Source of the DNA: Acidobacteriota bacterium
GTDB taxonomy: Bacteria; Acidobacteriota; Thermoanaerobaculia; Multivoradales; UBA5704
Direction: 5' to 3'
DNA length: 50,614 nucleotides
Assembly: GCA_040005235.1 (NCBI GenBank)
Contig: JBDTZG010000041.1
Location: forward strand, 1 to 50,614
The first letter of the stretch is position 1, and the number at the start of each line of letters is the position of its first letter. This document shows, one piece after another, positions 23,812 through 33,193 of this stretch. A program made the translations under genes and the position numbers. The notes beneath the pieces are model-generated. The model saw only the letters and a program-made list of their open reading frames with translations, was not told where the DNA came from and ran no database searches.

Positions 23812-25110
23812 ATGACCCTCCCGTACGCGTTGCTCGAGCGGAAGCGCTCCGGGGGGGAGCTGTCCACGGCCGAAATCGGCGAGATCGTCCAGGGCGCGGT
23901 CGACGGCTCCTGGAGCGAAGGGCAGCTCGGCGCGTTCCTGATGGCTGTGGCGATCCGCGGCCTCTCCGAACCGGAGACCTCCGCGCTCACCCGCGCGATG
24001 CTCGATTCCGGCGAGCGCTGGCGGCTCGCCGAGGATCTCGCTACGGTCTGCGACAAACATTCGACCGGGGGCGTAGGCGACAAAGTGTCGCTCACCCTCG
24101 GACCGCTGCTCGCCGCCTGCGGCCAGCCGATCGCCATGCTGGTCGGCCGGGGCCTCGGCCACACCGGGGGCACGGCGGACAAGCTTGAAAGCATCCCCGG
24201 TTTCTCGCTCGATCTCGACCGCCGCCGCTGCTTGGCGTTGCTCTCCCGCTGCGGCCTCGCGATGGGGATCGCCACCGCCGCCGTGGCCCCCGCCGATCGG
24301 CGGCTCTATGCGCTGCGCGACGCGACCGCGACGATCGATTCGATCCCACTGATCGTCGCGAGCATTCTGTCGAAGAAACTCGCCGCCGGCCCGGCCGCCG
24401 TGGTGTTCGACGTCAAGGTGGGGGAGGGCGCGTTTCTGCCGGATTTGGATCGGGCGCGCGAGCTGGCGAATCGTCTGGCCGGCACGCTCGCGCACCTGGG
24501 TATCCCGGCGACCGCGTTCTTGACCGACATGAACCAGCCGCTGGGGGTCTGGTCGGGCAACGCGGCCGAGGTGCTCGAAGCGATTGAATGCCTGGAGGGC
24601 GGCGGCCCCGCCGACCTGCGGGAAGAGACTCTAGTGTTCGCCGAAGAGGCTTGTGCGCTCATGGGCCGGCCGATCGGCCGGGCGGCGCTCGAACGCTCGC
24701 TCGACGACGGCTCGGCGCGCGAGCGCTTCTTCCTCTGGGCGGAGCTGCAAGGGGCCGACCCGAAATGGTTGGCCCACCCGCGGCTCGACCTCGCTCCGGC
24801 CGAGCATTCGCTGCTCGCTCAGCGCTCGGGCTTCCTCGCCCGAGTCCGGACGCGGGAGCTGGGCCTCCTGCTGGTCGAAGCCGGGGGCGGCCGTGCCCGC
24901 CCCGCCGATCCGATCGATCACGGCGTAGCACTTGCCGTCCGCGCGCGTCTCGGCGCGCGTATAGACGCAGGAGACGAGCTGGGGCACCTCCACCTGCGCA
25001 CCGCCGACCCGGCGCTCGCCGAGCGTTTCGCCGCCTGCTTTGAGATCGCGCCCGATCCGGTCGCCGCTCCGCCCCTCGTGGTCGAGCGGATCGGATTCCC
25101 CGACCGTTAG
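23812..25110 (+). CDS. pdp: Thymidine/pyrimidine-nucleoside phosphorylase
   Basis: DKHSTGGVGDK, GRGLGHTGGTADKLESIPG, LYALRD, SILSKKLA and DVKVG.GAF. Confidence 0.92.
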   Translation: MTLPYALLERKRSGGELSTAEIGEIVQGAVDGSWSEGQLGAFLMAVAIRGLSEPETSALTRAMLDSGERWRLAEDLATVCDKHSTGGVGDKVSLTLGPLLAACGQPIAMLVGRGLGHTGGTADKLESIPGFSLDLDRRRCLALLSRCGLAMGIATAAVAPADRRLYALRDATATIDSIPLIVASILSKKLAAGPAAVVFDVKVGEGAFLPDLDRARELANRLAGTLAHLGIPATAFLTDMNQPLGVWSGNAAEVLEAIECLEGGGPADLREETLVFAEEACALMGRPIGRAALERSLDDGSARERFFLWAELQGADPKWLAHPRLDLAPAEHSLLAQRSGFLARVRTRELGLLLVEAGGGRARPADPIDHGVALAVRARLGARIDAGDELGHLHLRTADPALAERFAACFEIAPDPVAAPPLVVERIGFPDR

Positions 25111-25236
25111 GGCGGGGCGCTCTCTCCTGTCTCGTCTTAGACTCGCCACGGCACTTAAAGGCAGGGGTGCCTGCGCCCTTAGGCCGTTCTTTACCCATAG
25201 CTTCATCCGGCCCGACCACCCTTGGAGGAATCCGCG

Positions 25237-26838
25237 TTGAATAGCGAGAAGTATTACCTTAAGCCCAACGTGCTGGCCGAGCCGCTGGTCGGCAGTTGGT
25301 ATGCCTGGCCGCATCTGCTGCCGCCGGCCACCTACGGCTTGAACGTCCTCGAACGCCATCTGTCGATCATGAAGTCCTACGTCCAGGCGCCGATGGTTCA
25401 CTGGGCCGCGGTGAAGAACCCGGCGATGCTCGGCGGGCCGTTCGTCAACTATCCGCCGAACCGGGCCAGCGAAGTGAAGGCGCTGGTCGATTGGACGCAA
25501 CGCGAGCAGGCCGATCTGATCGTGCTCGCCAAGGCGATCAAAGAGCTGGACGAGATGCTGCGCAACGAGGCGAAGGGGTTCTCGCTCGAACCGCTCTATC
25601 CGCGCGTGCCCGAGCCGTTGCGCGGCTATGTCGAGCTGCTCTACGACCTCAATAACAACCCGTCGTTCCGACTGATCGAGCGGCTGCTCTATTCGAGCAA
25701 GTATTACCGCACCGATTTCCAGGAGCTGTCGCTGCGTCTGATGGAGGACGAGCAGGACCGGCCCTTCGTCCTTTCGACGCCGAACCTCGCCGGGCCCGAG
25801 ACGGTCCGCTTGAAGATTCCGTTCATGAGCCCGGGCATCGACGAGCTGTTCAAGATGAAGCGGGCGCCGCAGACCTTCGGCTTCATCAAGGAGATGCTCG
25901 GCCTGCCCGACGAGCACGACGAGCGCTTCCGGACCTTCTTGACGACCGATGTGCCCGCCCCCTATCGGCGCTATGAGGGAAACAAGCTGCGGACCCGCTA
26001 CTTCGGCCACGCCTGCATTCTGGTCGAGTCGCCCGGCTTCTCGATCCTCTCCGATCCGGTCATCGCCTACGACGAGCACGAGGGCCTGCCGCGCTACACC
26101 TACGCCGATCTGCCGGACGAAATCGACTACGTGGTCATCACCCATAACCACCAGGACCACATCCTGCTCGAATCGATGCTCCAGCTGCGGCACAAGGTGA
26201 AAAACATCATCGTGCCCCGAAACGGCGGCGGCTACCTCGCAGACCCATCGCTCAAGCTGTTCCTGCAGAAGGTCGGCTTCAAGAACGTCTACGAGATCGA
26301 CGAAATGGAGACGATCGAGATCGACGGCGGGTCGATTACCGGCATCCCGTTCCTGGGCGAGCATTCGGACCTGAACATCCTCACCAAGATGGCCTACATG
26401 GTGAAGACCGAGCAGGGGAGCCTGATGCTCGCGGCCGACTCCTGCAACGTCGAGCCGCGCATCTACGAGCACGTCCGGGCGGTCACCGGCCCGATCGACA
26501 TCCTGTTCCTCGGCATGGAATGCGACGGCGCGCCGCTCTCGTGGCTTTACGGTCCGCTGATCACCAAGCCGGTCGACCGCAAGATGGATCACTCGCGGCG
26601 CCTCTCGGGCTCGAACTACGAGCGCGGCATCGAGATCGTCAAGAGTTTCAACTGCCGCGAGGCCTACGTCTACGCGATGGGCATGGAACCCTGGCTGCGC
26701 TACATCATGGCCAAGGAATACGCGCCCGATTCCGATCCGATGATCGCCTCGGACAAGCTGATCCAAGACTGCCGCGACCACGGCATCACCGCCGAGCGCC
26801 TGTTCGGCGAAAGAGAGCTGGCGGTCAACGGCGCTTAA
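25237..26838 (+). CDS. CmlA-type diiron non-heme beta-hydroxylase (MBL fold)
   Basis: CmlA_N-like N-terminus (EPLV..WYAW.HL.PPAT...RHL..M.SY...GGPF); THNHQDH, GEH.DL, ADS, GMEC and YAMG.EPW. TTG start after GGAGG. Confidence 0.85.
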   Translation: MNSEKYYLKPNVLAEPLVGSWYAWPHLLPPATYGLNVLERHLSIMKSYVQAPMVHWAAVKNPAMLGGPFVNYPPNRASEVKALVDWTQREQADLIVLAKAIKELDEMLRNEAKGFSLEPLYPRVPEPLRGYVELLYDLNNNPSFRLIERLLYSSKYYRTDFQELSLRLMEDEQDRPFVLSTPNLAGPETVRLKIPFMSPGIDELFKMKRAPQTFGFIKEMLGLPDEHDERFRTFLTTDVPAPYRRYEGNKLRTRYFGHACILVESPGFSILSDPVIAYDEHEGLPRYTYADLPDEIDYVVITHNHQDHILLESMLQLRHKVKNIIVPRNGGGYLADPSLKLFLQKVGFKNVYEIDEMETIEIDGGSITGIPFLGEHSDLNILTKMAYMVKTEQGSLMLAADSCNVEPRIYEHVRAVTGPIDILFLGMECDGAPLSWLYGPLITKPVDRKMDHSRRLSGSNYERGIEIVKSFNCREAYVYAMGMEPWLRYIMAKEYAPDSDPMIASDKLIQDCRDHGITAERLFGERELAVNGA

Positions 26839-26853
26839 GAGATCGAACGACGG

Positions 26854-26875
26854 GCGGGGGGCGGTCGTCCCCCGC
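26854..26875 (+). terminator. Hairpin after the beta-hydroxylase stop
   Basis: GCGGGGGGC-GGTC-GTCCCCCGC; no U-tract. Confidence 0.3.
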
Positions 26876-27019
26876 TGAGTAGGTGCTTCACGTCCAGAGG
26901 GCGGGGATACTTCCCCGCCCTTTTCGTTGGCTGCGTGGCCGCTGACAGGACCGCGGATTAGACAGCTCCAGCACGTGTTCCGGTGGCTCCGAACGCTTCC
27001 CGGCCGGGGTCTGTCGTGT

Positions 27020-27048
27020 TTGACAGAAACATGCTTTGACCCTAGGCT
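27020..27048 (+). promoter_or_regulatory. Candidate sigma70 promoter
   Basis: TTGACA-17 nt-TAGGCT, 12 nt before ATG 27061; the -35 box lies inside the palindrome TGTTT-GACAG-AAACA. Confidence 0.5.
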
Positions 27049-27060
27049 TCATTACCGAAC

Positions 27061-27330
27061 ATGAAGAATGACATGAGTCTTTCGGAGCTGCCGCCCCAGC
27101 CTTCGGTGCCCTACGCGCGCGTAGTGTCGCGGCCGGCCCGGCGGCGAAGCGTTGTTCTCTCTTCGTACCTGTTCCTACTTCTTTGCGCCAGCGGGGTGAA
27201 CCTGGTGATGTTCTGCGCGAGAAGCATCTCCTTATTTGGCGACATCCCGGACTTGCCGCTCTGGGGAGGCGTTCAATCCGGGCTGACGTTTGCCTTTCTA
27301 CTCGCCGTCTGGCAATGGCGCCGGTGGGGT
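27061..27330 (+). pseudogene. 5' fragment of a small membrane protein
   Basis: Two hydrophobic segments ending AVWQWRRWG. The rest of the 327-aa ORF is not protein-like and runs antisense to the next gene. Confidence 0.4.
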
Positions 27331-27456
27331 TTAGGTTCACCCCGCCTTCCCTTCCGGGTCCATCTTCGGCCGCAAGCCAGGCCGGTGGCGACGGCGAATC
27401 GAGCCTCGGGGTCGGGCTGTCGTGCGGATCGTTGCGATTTTCAGGAAATCTTCGAC

Positions 27457-27963
27457 CTATACCTTTTCATCGCCAACCGGTTCCGGCCGCAGGGCGGAAA
27501 AGGCGCGATCGAGGAGAGTCCCCAACGCAAAACCCAGCGCGAGGAAAAGGATCGTTCCGCGGCTCTCCCAGATGAAGAAATAGGTGTAGAGGGCGATCGA
27601 CATGAGCGCTACGAGCACCAGGACGACGAAAGGAAACGCCTTGGTGCCTTTGAGCCGCGCCACGAATCGCGAGAAGCCGAAGCCGGCAAGGGCGCCGAGA
27701 GCTGTCACCACGATGGCGGTCAGGTCGAAACGGTAGTCGGGCATTTTGTTCAAGAACGTGTCGCCGTGGTCCTGGCGCCAGAGCACGAACAGGACGAACA
27801 AAATCAATCCGGCCCAGCGCGCCGCCCGCGCGCCCTTAACGGCCGGGGGCGGAGTTGCCTCCTCGGGCAATTGAAAGAAGCCAAAGGTCCAGAGGAGAAG
27901 CAGAACGAGCGGGACCAGAACCCATTCGATCACCTTCGCCAACGCCGAGCCGATGTCTCCCAT
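27457..27963 (-). CDS. Hypothetical integral membrane protein (about 5 TM)
   Basis: Five hydrophobic stretches in 168 aa; GAGGG before the ATG. Confidence 0.7.
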   Translation of the reverse strand: MGDIGSALAKVIEWVLVPLVLLLLWTFGFFQLPEEATPPPAVKGARAARWAGLILFVLFVLWRQDHGDTFLNKMPDYRFDLTAIVVTALGALAGFGFSRFVARLKGTKAFPFVVLVLVALMSIALYTYFFIWESRGTILFLALGFALGTLLDRAFSALRPEPVGDEKV

Positions 27964-28059
27964 GCCCTCGAGCTCCTCTTGAAAATCGCATCGCCAGCCT
28001 GGTCCGGCAGGCTCGACGGACTGGGAAGATACTATGCCGCATAAGGTACGATCCCGGGG

Positions 28060-28431
28060 ATGAGCCCGGACGAACCCATCATCGTTACCTCCACTCCGGT
28101 TTCGGCGGAGGTGCTGCGTCGCCTCGTCGGCGCTTTCTTCGACGACATGGTCAAGTTTGAGGTCGATCTCGGCACCGGCCGAATCGCGGTGGGAGGCGAG
28201 CTACATGCCGATGGCGAGGCTCTTCTCTTGGAGCAGGGTAGCCGGCAAGAGGATCTCTGGGGTGGGAACTTCTATCCGGACCGGGCGGGCGACGACCGAA
28301 TCGAGTTCACCTCGCTGATCAACATCAGGCCGTCTCAGGGAAACCGAAGCATGCTGATCGAAAGCCTAGAGATTCGAATCCGCGTTCGCTCCCTCGCATT
28401 GGCCTTGCTGGCTCCGGAGAGTGCCGAATGA
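28060..28431 (+). CDS. DUF5674-family protein
   Basis: DMVK..VD.....IAVGGELHAD.EALLL..GS.QEDLWG.N.YP....IEF.SLINIRPSQGNRS signature. Confidence 0.8.
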   Translation: MSPDEPIIVTSTPVSAEVLRRLVGAFFDDMVKFEVDLGTGRIAVGGELHADGEALLLEQGSRQEDLWGGNFYPDRAGDDRIEFTSLINIRPSQGNRSMLIESLEIRIRVRSLALALLAPESAE

Positions 28432-28784
28432 CGGCTCCTCAACATGCCGGACTGAGCGTCGAACGCTGGCAGCGGTTCTCGCTCGATCAACAGCTCTTGA
28501 TGATCGCGAACGAGATGAGCCGCGCCAGCAAGTCTCTGGAGCTGGGTGAGATCGAGAGTCTTCGGTCTTCCTATGAGCGGGCGCTTCGGCTGGTCGAGTT
28601 GACCGCTTCCGGTGCGATGCGGATTACCTTCCGCCGGGAGCTTCTGCGCTGGCGCGGCCTTCTCGCGGAGCTTTTCCTCGATCCGGGAAACGCCGGCCAG
28701 CACGAGGCCGCCCTCGCAATCCTCCTTCTTTTCACGTCCGCGACCGCGGCCCAGCGCCCCTTCCTGCTTCCTTCCAAATCGTAA
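28428..28784 (+). CDS. Small all-helical hypothetical protein, partner of DUF5674
   Basis: QH..L...RW..FSL.QQL..I.NE..RA...ERAL.L..LT...RELLR.R; ATGA overlap with the upstream gene. Confidence 0.72.
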   Translation: MTAPQHAGLSVERWQRFSLDQQLLMIANEMSRASKSLELGEIESLRSSYERALRLVELTASGAMRITFRRELLRWRGLLAELFLDPGNAGQHEAALAILLLFTSATAAQRPFLLPSKS

Positions 28785-28792
28785 AAAGATTC

Positions 28793-29605
28793 ATGGAGCC
28801 TTCTTTTCTCGATCATCGCGGCTGCCGCCTTGCCATTAAGGTGCGCGGCGATGGCCCGCCGATCCTGTTCATCCAAGGCACCGCCATCCACGGCGACGGC
28901 TGGCTGCCGCAAGTGGATGCCTTTGCGGATCGCTTCGCCTGCATCACCTTCGATAACCGGGGTATGGGCCGGAGCCAACCGGCCGATCCGAAGTTGAGCG
29001 TGGAGCAGATGGCGGACGACGCGCTCGCGATCCTGGATGCCTGCGGAATCGAATCGGCGCATGTCGTCGGGCATTCGCTCGGCGGTCTGATCGCACTCCA
29101 ATTGGCGCTCGCGGAACGTTCCAGGGTTCGCAGTTTGGCCCTCCTCTGCACGTTCTCGCGAGGTGCCGATGCCACCGGCCTCACGTGGCCCAAATTCTGG
29201 CTTGGTCTTCGCAGCTTCATCGGCACCCGCCGCATGCGGCGTCGCGCCTTCCTGCGCATCGTGATGGCGGGGAACGATCTTGCGGCGCTCGATCCGGAGG
29301 CCGAGGCTGCGCGGCTTGCCCCTCTATTCGGCCACGACCTCGCCGATCATCCGCCGGTCGAAATGAAACAGCTCGCGGCGATGAAACGCTGCGACCTTAC
29401 GCCACGGCTCGGCGAGCTGGCGGGCCTGCTGACGTTGGTGGTGGGAGGGGAGCACGACCTGATCGCCCGGCCCGCCGTCGTCCGAGCGCTCGCGGCGACG
29501 ATTCCGGGCGCCCGGCTTTTGGAGCTTAAAGAGGCAGCGCATGGCTTGCCGATCCATCGCGCGAAGGAAGTGAACGCAGCCCTGGCGGCGCATTTTTCGC
29601 GCTAG
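28793..29605 (+). CDS. Alpha/beta-fold hydrolase
   Basis: FDNRGMGRS, GHSLGG nucleophile elbow, GEHD and AAH. Confidence 0.88.
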   Translation: MEPSFLDHRGCRLAIKVRGDGPPILFIQGTAIHGDGWLPQVDAFADRFACITFDNRGMGRSQPADPKLSVEQMADDALAILDACGIESAHVVGHSLGGLIALQLALAERSRVRSLALLCTFSRGADATGLTWPKFWLGLRSFIGTRRMRRRAFLRIVMAGNDLAALDPEAEAARLAPLFGHDLADHPPVEMKQLAAMKRCDLTPRLGELAGLLTLVVGGEHDLIARPAVVRALAATIPGARLLELKEAAHGLPIHRAKEVNAALAAHFSR

Positions 29606-29620
29606 CGCGGAGTTTGTCCC

Positions 29621-30019
29621 TCACTCCTCCCAAAGCCGAAGGACATGCAGTCCCAGAGCAATGCCGGCGACGATGAACAAGACCAGGGCCGTCGAAATCG
29701 CGGCGGCGTGCTCGCCGAACATCCGGCTGCCCTCCGGGCCGGCGAACCGCCCGAGATCCGCGGTGGCGGCTTTGGTTCTCCAGGCGTAATAGAAACCGGC
29801 TGCGGCCGAGGCCGCGGCGACGGAGAGGCGCCACTCGTTCACGTGGCGGGCGACCCCGACGAGCAAGGGTGCTCCAACGGCAGTGAGGGCGAGCCCTGCC
29901 ACCAGATGGCCGGATCGGCCGGCGAACAGGCCATAGAGAATCTGGCAGAGCGCCGCGCCGCAAAGCAGGGTTGCTAGCGCCGCAAGAGTCAGACCGGTCC
30001 TGATCGAACAAGCTTTCAA
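29621..30019 (-). CDS. Hypothetical membrane protein (about 4 TM)
   Basis: Hydrophobic 132-aa ORF that fills the gap; TTG start uncertain. Confidence 0.55.
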   Translation of the reverse strand: MKACSIRTGLTLAALATLLCGAALCQILYGLFAGRSGHLVAGLALTAVGAPLLVGVARHVNEWRLSVAAASAAAGFYYAWRTKAATADLGRFAGPEGSRMFGEHAAAISTALVLFIVAGIALGLHVLRLWEE

Positions 30020-30043
30020 GGTTCTAGTTTAGGCCGAGCCGCC

Positions 30044-30283
30044 TCACGCGACGCGTGCCAGCAGCGCTTCAGTCGCCTGGTCGAGGAAGGCCTTGACCTG
30101 CGCTTGCCGGACGCTGGGGAAGTTGTCCAAGAATTCGTCGACGCTGTATCCACCTTCCAGATAATCGACCAGCGTCTGGACCGGTACTCGGGTGCCAACA
30201 AAGACCGGGGTTCCGCCGAGGATCTCAGAATCCGCGTGGACAACGCTGCCATCGGCTAGGGCGATCGGGCGAGTTTCAGGCAT
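30044..30283 (-). CDS. DUF433-family protein (putative antitoxin)
   Basis: D.EILGGTPVFVGTRVPV..L.DYL..G.S.DEFLDNFPSV signature; GAGAGGT RBS; TGGTACGAT extended -10 upstream. Confidence 0.9.
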   Translation of the reverse strand: MPETRPIALADGSVVHADSEILGGTPVFVGTRVPVQTLVDYLEGGYSVDEFLDNFPSVRQAQVKAFLDQATEALLARVA

Positions 30284-30423
30284 GAGATACACCTCTCTTG
30301 ACCGAGCCCTATCGTACCACCTGCTCAGAGACTCGATCGGCACACGAGAAGAAGGCCCGAACCCGGCAGACATCACCAGGCCCGAGCCTTCATCTAATTC
30401 TTACAGCCAGACTGACTCCGCCT

Positions 30424-32466
30424 TCAGCGTTCGTCGTACGCGCGGAGCGCGCTGGCGAGCAGTCGGTCACGATGCGCGCGGTCGATCGCTCCGGCGCGTT
30501 GGAGATCCCGTACGGCGTTGTTGACGCAGGACCGGTAGGCGCCGCGGCTCGCCGGGGTGTCGAAGCTGCACGGGATTTCGGGGACGAGGACTTTTTCTCC
30601 GGCACGAACGCCGTAGAGGCGGTTCTTCACCCGGCCGGGCCAGAAAACTTCGACCGTGCCGGCCGCGATGTCGCCGATGCCGAAGTGCGCGGTCAGCGAA
30701 TCTTGGGATGCGATGCTCGATCCGCCGAGGACCGGCTGGGTTGCCTTGCGTCCGCCGTCGGGAGTGAACGAGACGATCGCGCCGATGCCGTCGCGGTTTA
30801 CCTTGCCGTGCTCGGTGAGACCGACCGAACCGAGGACGTCGACGTCCACGCCTTTGCGTCCGTTACCGCCTTGGTTCAGCTCGATTGCGAGCGTGCCGTT
30901 GTCCATCACGGTGCCGCTCCAGCGGGCCTCGTCGCCGTTGCCGGTGAGCGACCAGACCGGAGCGAAACCCGCGACGCCGTCGAGGTAGCTCCCGTAGGTG
31001 GAGGCGAAATGCGCCTGCGGCAGGGAGGCGGGCCGGTTGACGATCGAGACCGAGACGATGTCCTCGAAGCCGTTGCCGTCGAGATCGCCCACCGCGACAC
31101 CGTGGTCGTTACGGCTGCCATGATCGGCATCGAGCGCCAGATCGACGGTGAAGTGAGCGTTGCCGTCGTTGACCAAGATCGTGCCGGGATTGGATTCGTC
31201 GACGATCAGCGACATGTCGAAACCGCCGAGTGCCACGTGGTCGAAGTCGCCGTCGTTGTCGTAGTCGAGCGGCGAGATGCCCCAACTCCAGCCGGAAGCT
31301 ACCAGCGGGCCGACGCCTGGATCACGGAACGTACCGTCGCCGTTGTTCAGGAACCAGCGCTGCGTCTGGTCTCCCAGGGTGTAGGGGATGCCGAAGAAGG
31401 GCTCGATGAAGTCGCCGATATTCGAGATCGCCAAGTCGAGCGTGCCGTCGCCGTCGTAGTCGGCGATCGCAAAGCCCATGTTGCTTTCGGCTTTGGGTAG
31501 GCCCGTACCTGCGGTCACCTCGGTAAAGTGGGCGTGGCCGTCGTTGCGGTAGGTGCGAAGCGTGCCGCGATCGACGCCGCCGTAACGGGCCGGCGGAATC
31601 GCGCCCTGGTCGTTGGCGACGAAGATGTCGTCATCGCCGTCGGCGTCGTAGTCGAACAGCGCGACCGCCCAGGAGATGTCGTTTCTTTCGCCGCGGATGC
31701 CCGCGCTAGCCGAGACGTCGACGAAGCGACGCTGGCCGCGGTTCATGAACAGCTGGTTCGGCTGGTTGAACGCGAACGGCTCGAGCATGATCGGCATCTT
31801 GTTCTTCCAGTCGAACGTATTTCCGATGAAGACGTCGAGCCGGCCGTCGCCGTCGAAGTCGCTCATCGCGCACGACGAATGGCTGTAATTGCCGCCGCCG
31901 ATCCCTGCGCGCTGAGTGCTGTCCACATATTGGCCGTTGCGATACTCCAGCAGGCGGTTCGGCATGCTGGCACCGAGGACGTAGAGGTCCTGATCGCCGT
32001 CATTGTCGATGTCGCCGAAGCAGACGCCGGTCGAATCCTGGTCTACCAGGCCTGCGCCGACTTGGCGGGCGACGTCGCGAAAGCGAACCTGGCCGGTCTC
32101 GCGAAGTTGGTTCGAGTAAAGACTGTTGGCGTGGCCCGGACCGTTGGTGACGTAGATGTCGAGATCGCCGTCTCGGTCGAAGTCGAGCAGGGCGACGCCC
32201 GGCGCGCCGCGTTCTTTGATCGGTCCGAGAAGGACGTCGAACTTGCTCGCGGTGCCGCGTTGGCGGATCGCTTGGGCGATCGCGTTGTCGGCCGAAGGGG
32301 TGCGTCGATAGGTGATGCCATGGTCGGCATTCGCAATGTCGCGGAAAGTCACCCCTTCCGCAAACGCGCTCGTTCCGAGCGCAAACAGACCGGCCATTGC
32401 AAGAGATGTGAAGGGGGTGCGACGGCGCAAGACGAGGTTCTGCTGCTGCGGGTAGATCGGAGACAT
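30424..32466 (-). CDS. Secreted CRTAC1/ASPIC-UnbV family FG-GAP repeat protein
   Basis: Signal peptide; repeated D(F/Y/I)DxDGDxD loops; C-terminal NRDGIGA.V...GGSS.ASQ.S...HFG.G...V.WP; GGGAGG RBS. Confidence 0.88.
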   Translation of the reverse strand: MSPIYPQQQNLVLRRRTPFTSLAMAGLFALGTSAFAEGVTFRDIANADHGITYRRTPSADNAIAQAIRQRGTASKFDVLLGPIKERGAPGVALLDFDRDGDLDIYVTNGPGHANSLYSNQLRETGQVRFRDVARQVGAGLVDQDSTGVCFGDIDNDGDQDLYVLGASMPNRLLEYRNGQYVDSTQRAGIGGGNYSHSSCAMSDFDGDGRLDVFIGNTFDWKNKMPIMLEPFAFNQPNQLFMNRGQRRFVDVSASAGIRGERNDISWAVALFDYDADGDDDIFVANDQGAIPPARYGGVDRGTLRTYRNDGHAHFTEVTAGTGLPKAESNMGFAIADYDGDGTLDLAISNIGDFIEPFFGIPYTLGDQTQRWFLNNGDGTFRDPGVGPLVASGWSWGISPLDYDNDGDFDHVALGGFDMSLIVDESNPGTILVNDGNAHFTVDLALDADHGSRNDHGVAVGDLDGNGFEDIVSVSIVNRPASLPQAHFASTYGSYLDGVAGFAPVWSLTGNGDEARWSGTVMDNGTLAIELNQGGNGRKGVDVDVLGSVGLTEHGKVNRDGIGAIVSFTPDGGRKATQPVLGGSSIASQDSLTAHFGIGDIAAGTVEVFWPGRVKNRLYGVRAGEKVLVPEIPCSFDTPASRGAYRSCVNNAVRDLQRAGAIDRAHRDRLLASALRAYDER

Positions 32467-32711
32467 GGCAACCTCCCAAAACATGAGAGTCGAGCGTAAT
32501 TCGCTCGTATCTATAAATGAGGAGTACACCAGGGCGTCTTGGCGTGGCAAGAAATGGCCAGGCATTTTGGTAGGGGGCTGGGTTGCGGGAAATCAGGGAC
32601 GAACGGCGATTCGGCAGATCTGCGAACGAAAGTTAACAATTCGAACGCCGGGGCGGCGCCGGCAGGAAAAAAGGAAAGATTTCGAGAAATCTAGTGGAGC
32701 GGTGGGGCGGC

Positions 32712-33119
32712 TTATTCGGTTTCGTCGAGCTCGCCGGGCTCGATGCCGTCGGTCAGCCAAGCGAGCGCCCGCGCGCGCCAATCGGGATGGAGACCGCCAT
32801 CAATGAAGCGAAGAGCCTGCGCGATTCCGGTCTCCTTGACCATCCGCCGCGCCTGGAGGCCGGCGATCACGCTGTGGGTGACCACGGCGTTCCTTCCCAT
32901 GCCGGCTTCCCGGCAGATCAGGATCGTCTGCTTGACCAGTTCCTGGGCTTCGGCCGTGAAGCTGCGCGTCGCTCGCAGGTCGACCAGGACCGTGAAGCCG
33001 CCGTCGCGCGGCCGCACGGTGCGGCGAAACTCTTCGAGCATTCGCCGCGCCGTGTCGCGGTCGACCGTGCTCTCGAAGACGATTTCGTAGCCGAAGGGGG
33101 TTTCTGCGATTTGCGGCAT
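32712..33119 (-). CDS. Small STAS/SEC14 (SpoIIAA-like) domain protein
   Basis: FTVLVDLR...F...Q.....G..R.AVV..S.IA..Q..R...ALAWL pattern. Confidence 0.6.
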   Translation of the reverse strand: MPQIAETPFGYEIVFESTVDRDTARRMLEEFRRTVRPRDGGFTVLVDLRATRSFTAEAQELVKQTILICREAGMGRNAVVTHSVIAGLQARRMVKETGIAQALRFIDGGLHPDWRARALAWLTDGIEPGELDETE

Positions 33120-33193
33120 GAGGTTCGAGGCCCGGACCCCGAAAGCCCGAAAACCTTCGGAGTCCGTATTCAAAGTCGCTCTGTGAGGCGGCT

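Noticed and set aside
27331-28044. Remainder of the 327-aa ORF
   Set aside because: Antisense to a more convincing membrane-protein gene and not protein-like.
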